From Macrostomum hystrix (Eukaryota; Animalia; Platyhelminthes): 64,000 nt of DNA. Positions 61,601 to 64,000 of this stretch are shown here, piece by piece. The notes beneath the pieces were generated by a model that saw nothing but the letters and a program-made list of their open reading frames with translations, made no database searches and was not told the DNA's origin. Position 1 is the first letter of the stretch. Each line of letters opens with the position of its first letter. Location of the stretch: positions 1,798,001 to 1,862,000 of the forward strand of contig CATNEN010000025.1 in the NCBI GenBank assembly GCA_950097015.1. The letters run 5' to 3'. Position numbers and translations under genes: made by a program.

Positions 61601-63078
61601 GCTGCAGCCGATCCAGGGGCTCTGCCAGGTTCGGTGGCAACTCGTTTGATGTGATGATGCTGATGCGACACTTTCGAACTACGCGAAACACTAAGTCGCG
61701 AGCCTCTATTGAAAAGGTATCCAAGAGTGACGTCACATCATGGTCTTGCTTGTAAACCAGACGTATTTTATTGGTTAGCTCGCTCATGGTAAAATTTCTA
61801 TTTGCATCTGTTGTCACAATTTCAGTCGTTCCGCTGGACAGCCAGTACATGTATAGAGTGCCAACCTTCGGTAGGTTGATGATCCTTAATCTAACTTCCT
61901 CTTCTGGGCGATCAGCATCACTCACGTAGAGCAAAGAAGCGTCGAGCACGCGAGATTCGCCATTGACCAGCGAGAAGTCAGCCAGATGTAGCCTAGGAGA
62001 CTCGTCTGTCGCAGGGAAGATTATGACCTTAACAGATACTATGGGGGAGCGTCTCTGTCCGTCAGTTGCTTGCAGTTTGAAAGTATCATTGTTGTGTTCA
62101 ACTCCACAATGGCGACTTTGAATCAGGAACACCAGACCATCGGCCAGCTGACGCTTCGTGAATTCTCGAACTGAAATTTCCCTTCCGCTTCTAAAAAATT
62201 TAGAAAGTCAAGAAATAAAAATAGCTTCAATCGGAGTACAGGCAAATTTTGAAAAAAGTCAACTGAAGCTAAAATATTATTGCTATGTAGTAAGTATAAC
62301 AGCAGGCAAATAAAAATAGGCTTACGGCAGCTTCAGTCGAATTTCTCCGTGCCGAGGTTGTTCCACTACAATTAGACGCAGGTCGTCCGCTTTTGTATCC
62401 GGGTCAACTACGCGGATCAAGCTAACTGTGAGCGCCGTTCGACCGCCCTCCCTGACCAGCACCCGAGAGCCCTCCGACACCGCTGGCCCCTTGTTATCTA
62501 CTGGGCGGATGGAAAACTCTAAACGGTGCGTCAGCCATTCCGCGCCATTGTAGATGTATAGCTGGCAAGTGTCTGTCACCGGATCGGCCCCGATTTCGCT
62601 TCCAGTGTGCCGATACAGGACACGACCGGCGCTGAGATCCTCGTGACTGAACTGACTGACACTACTGCTGCTGGAAGAGGCAGCACTAGCACCCACAGAA
62701 ACAAGAGCGATTTCACCTCGTATCGGGCGAGTCCCAACCAGGTAGGCTGTTTGTCTGACGCTGCTGGATTCGCTTCGAACCCTCGGCAGCATGAGGGGAG
62801 ATAAACGGACGTTACCACCCTCCGGTACGAATACTGTATTGTTGATGAACTCGGCGGGCAAGTGCTCAGTTCGGGCCGTTGGGCCGGCCTCTTCCCCCTG
62901 CGGCTGTTCTTGCTGTCGCTGTCGCTGATGCTGAGAGACAGCAGTGCCTTGTCCCGGCGTCGGCTGCAGTGGCTCGTTGATGTCAATGTTTATGGAGCAC
63001 TCGGGACCCATATTGCTTCCGTCAGTAGCGCGCACAATGAAGGAATCGTGATCGCTGAGTGAACCGTCGTGTTGGTAT
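52700..63078 (-). CDS. FREM1: FRAS1-related ECM protein of FREM1 type (CSPG/cadherin-like repeats, Calx-beta, C-terminal C-type lectin), 3' part; exons 62326-63078, 59984-62190, 59261-59556, 58280-58501, 57971-58169, 54634-54807, 52700-53016; 5' end beyond the window
   Basis: CSPG motifs (YQHDGS..DHDSFIVRATDG, FSHEDLSAGRVLYRHTG, VSDADRP, FTQRDVQLGR, FSQADLNSSTVTYQ); Calx-beta (VVGFGQHRFRVRC..GTLRLDVIRSG...NFSPG|ERK); then CTPALE...KYICNGATW...TCPA|GWTTM..SCVKYF...C...GARL..I...YWI|GLH...W...CAMV...W....C...YMC, matching the FREM1 C-terminal order. All seven exons join in frame. Confidence 0.88.
53018..54247. repeat. Intronic minisatellite, 44 bp unit CCAACCAATCATGTGACAATAGTGGATTACTGAGCCTTGGTGCG
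   Basis: About 28 near-identical copies abutting the acceptor of the last FREM1 exon. Confidence 0.98.
54250..54395 (-). mobile_element. SINE family B-like head + core fragment
   Basis: Minus strand: GGCAGTGGAACGGTT...GAGCTCGAATCTCAGCCC...AATGTGTCCTTGAGCAAG. Confidence 0.5.
54885..57055. repeat. Intronic 12 bp satellite (AGGATGTTCTGT)n with 10 bp variant units, ~2.2 kb
   Basis: About 180 copies; explains the 750-aa PTEH/QNIL/RTSY ORF 54858..57110. Confidence 0.98.
58580..58865 (-). mobile_element. Full-length-looking SINE family B (A box, B box, CORE-like centre, ATT tail) in a FREM1 intron
   Basis: Minus strand: TAGCCTTCTGGTTAGAGCG (A box), GGATTCGATTCC (B box), TGTGTCCTTTAGCAAGACACTTAAC, CCCAGCTGTTAAATGGGTTCC, 3' ...CACATCTGGCCC...TAATAAACTATTATTATTAATAAT. 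Confidence 0.85.
58880..59185 (-). mobile_element. SINE family A copy with tRNA-like head, in the same FREM1 intron
   Basis: Minus strand: GTGGCAGAGCGATCAAACGCG.TTGCCTCTCGCACAAAGGTCCCTGAGCTCGATTC, then the family A body and an ATT-rich tail. Confidence 0.8.
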
Positions 63079-64000
63079 CTGGTTATTAAAAAAACATTTT
63101 TATATGTTTCGAACTATTTAGCGTCACAGCATCACAGCTTGGCATCCGATTTTGCTAACCTGACCCACGCTGAAAGCATACACGCGACGTTGATCTTGAG
63201 CTGTTGCATGTTTCTTTTCATTTTTTACGAGTAATGCATGCAGCTTGCGAACTAGTAGCCAGCTAAACTTAGCAAACAGGGTCATTTTGGGCTTAGTAAT
63301 ATTGCATTTTGACCACGCCCCAGGCATGCCAGACCGGGCCGCGTGTGCTAGTCAGTGAGTGTCTGCATGAAGTGGCGACTCTCAAGAGCTCTATAGCTAC
63401 CGCTTTAATTTTTTCTTTCCCACTGTCTACCGTGGATGGCTGCAGTTGTTGACTGATAGCTGGGACCGCCGAAGAGACTTGTGAGCTTCAAGCCTCACTT
63501 GGCTCGAGACTGCAGGTGATCTCTTCTCTTATAGTAATCATCTATATAGCCCAGAAGCAGTCTATTTAGATAGCCAAAGGAATATTTCTAAGGAGACACT
63601 GTACCAGTTGGATTGCTCAACGAGCAGTGAAAGGAGTTCTCATAATGGTTCTCATAGTGTATGCTTGCATGGGAAACTATGGAGTAACGAGTTTTCAATT
63701 CCGCACTGCCTCTGTATAACGGTCGTGACTGCTATTTTCATTTAAATTTACACTGCACAACATGCGCAATTTAGAACGGAAGGCGAGTTTGATGTGTTTT
63801 TTCTAATATACGCAGTTACTAGCTTTTTTCTCCGTGTCATTTTCATTTTAACTTGTAATAATTTGTCTTTGCCTTCCTCTGTACGTGAGACAAATTAATG
63901 CTAAAGCTTCTTTTTCAGGACATATGAGGTGCATGTGAGCCAACTAGAGTCTTAAAAATAAAACAGAAGTTATGATAAAAAATCACTAGACTGCGCAATA

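Noticed and set aside
60043-63062. Plus-strand ORFs overlapping FREM1 exons (and similar antisense ORFs over PPP6R, TYW5, MsrB, oxygenase-like and Bcl-2-like exons)
   Set aside because: They are antisense shadows of GC-rich coding exons with no recognisable motifs.

Overview
This is eukaryotic (metazoan) genomic DNA: GC-rich exons with canonical GT-AG introns that join in frame, separated by AT-rich spacers. About 26 tandem arrays cover roughly 30% of the window, and two tRNA-derived SINE-like families are dispersed through it. The style (short genes, intronic minisatellites, polyQ/polyA insertions) suggests a free-living flatworm such as Macrostomum; this is an inference. Minus-strand genes from left to right: PPP6R/SAPS subunit (runs off the left edge), TYW5, an intronless 4-TM MS4A/CD20-like gene, intronless MsrB, a ~1100-aa 6-exon protein with a degenerate 2OG-Fe(II) oxygenase domain, DCAF17, a highly divergent 4-exon Bcl-2-family gene, and a FREM1-type ECM gene (CSPG repeats, Calx-beta, C-type lectin; runs off the right edge). 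The only clear plus-strand gene is a shortened neprilysin/M13 homologue lacking HExxH. Most long ORFs in the supplied track are tandem-repeat artefacts. Best leads: (1) the pseudo-2OG oxygenase of possibly patchy or horizontal origin; (2) the Bcl-2 homologue with degenerate BH1/BH3; (3) the dead mini-neprilysin; (4) seven co-directional genes with acceptor sites just before their starts, including a DCAF17 first exon that may get its AUG from a spliced leader; (5) intron-resident minisatellites, one of them dispersed to four loci and one that supplies a splice acceptor. All family assignments come from recalled motifs, not database searches.
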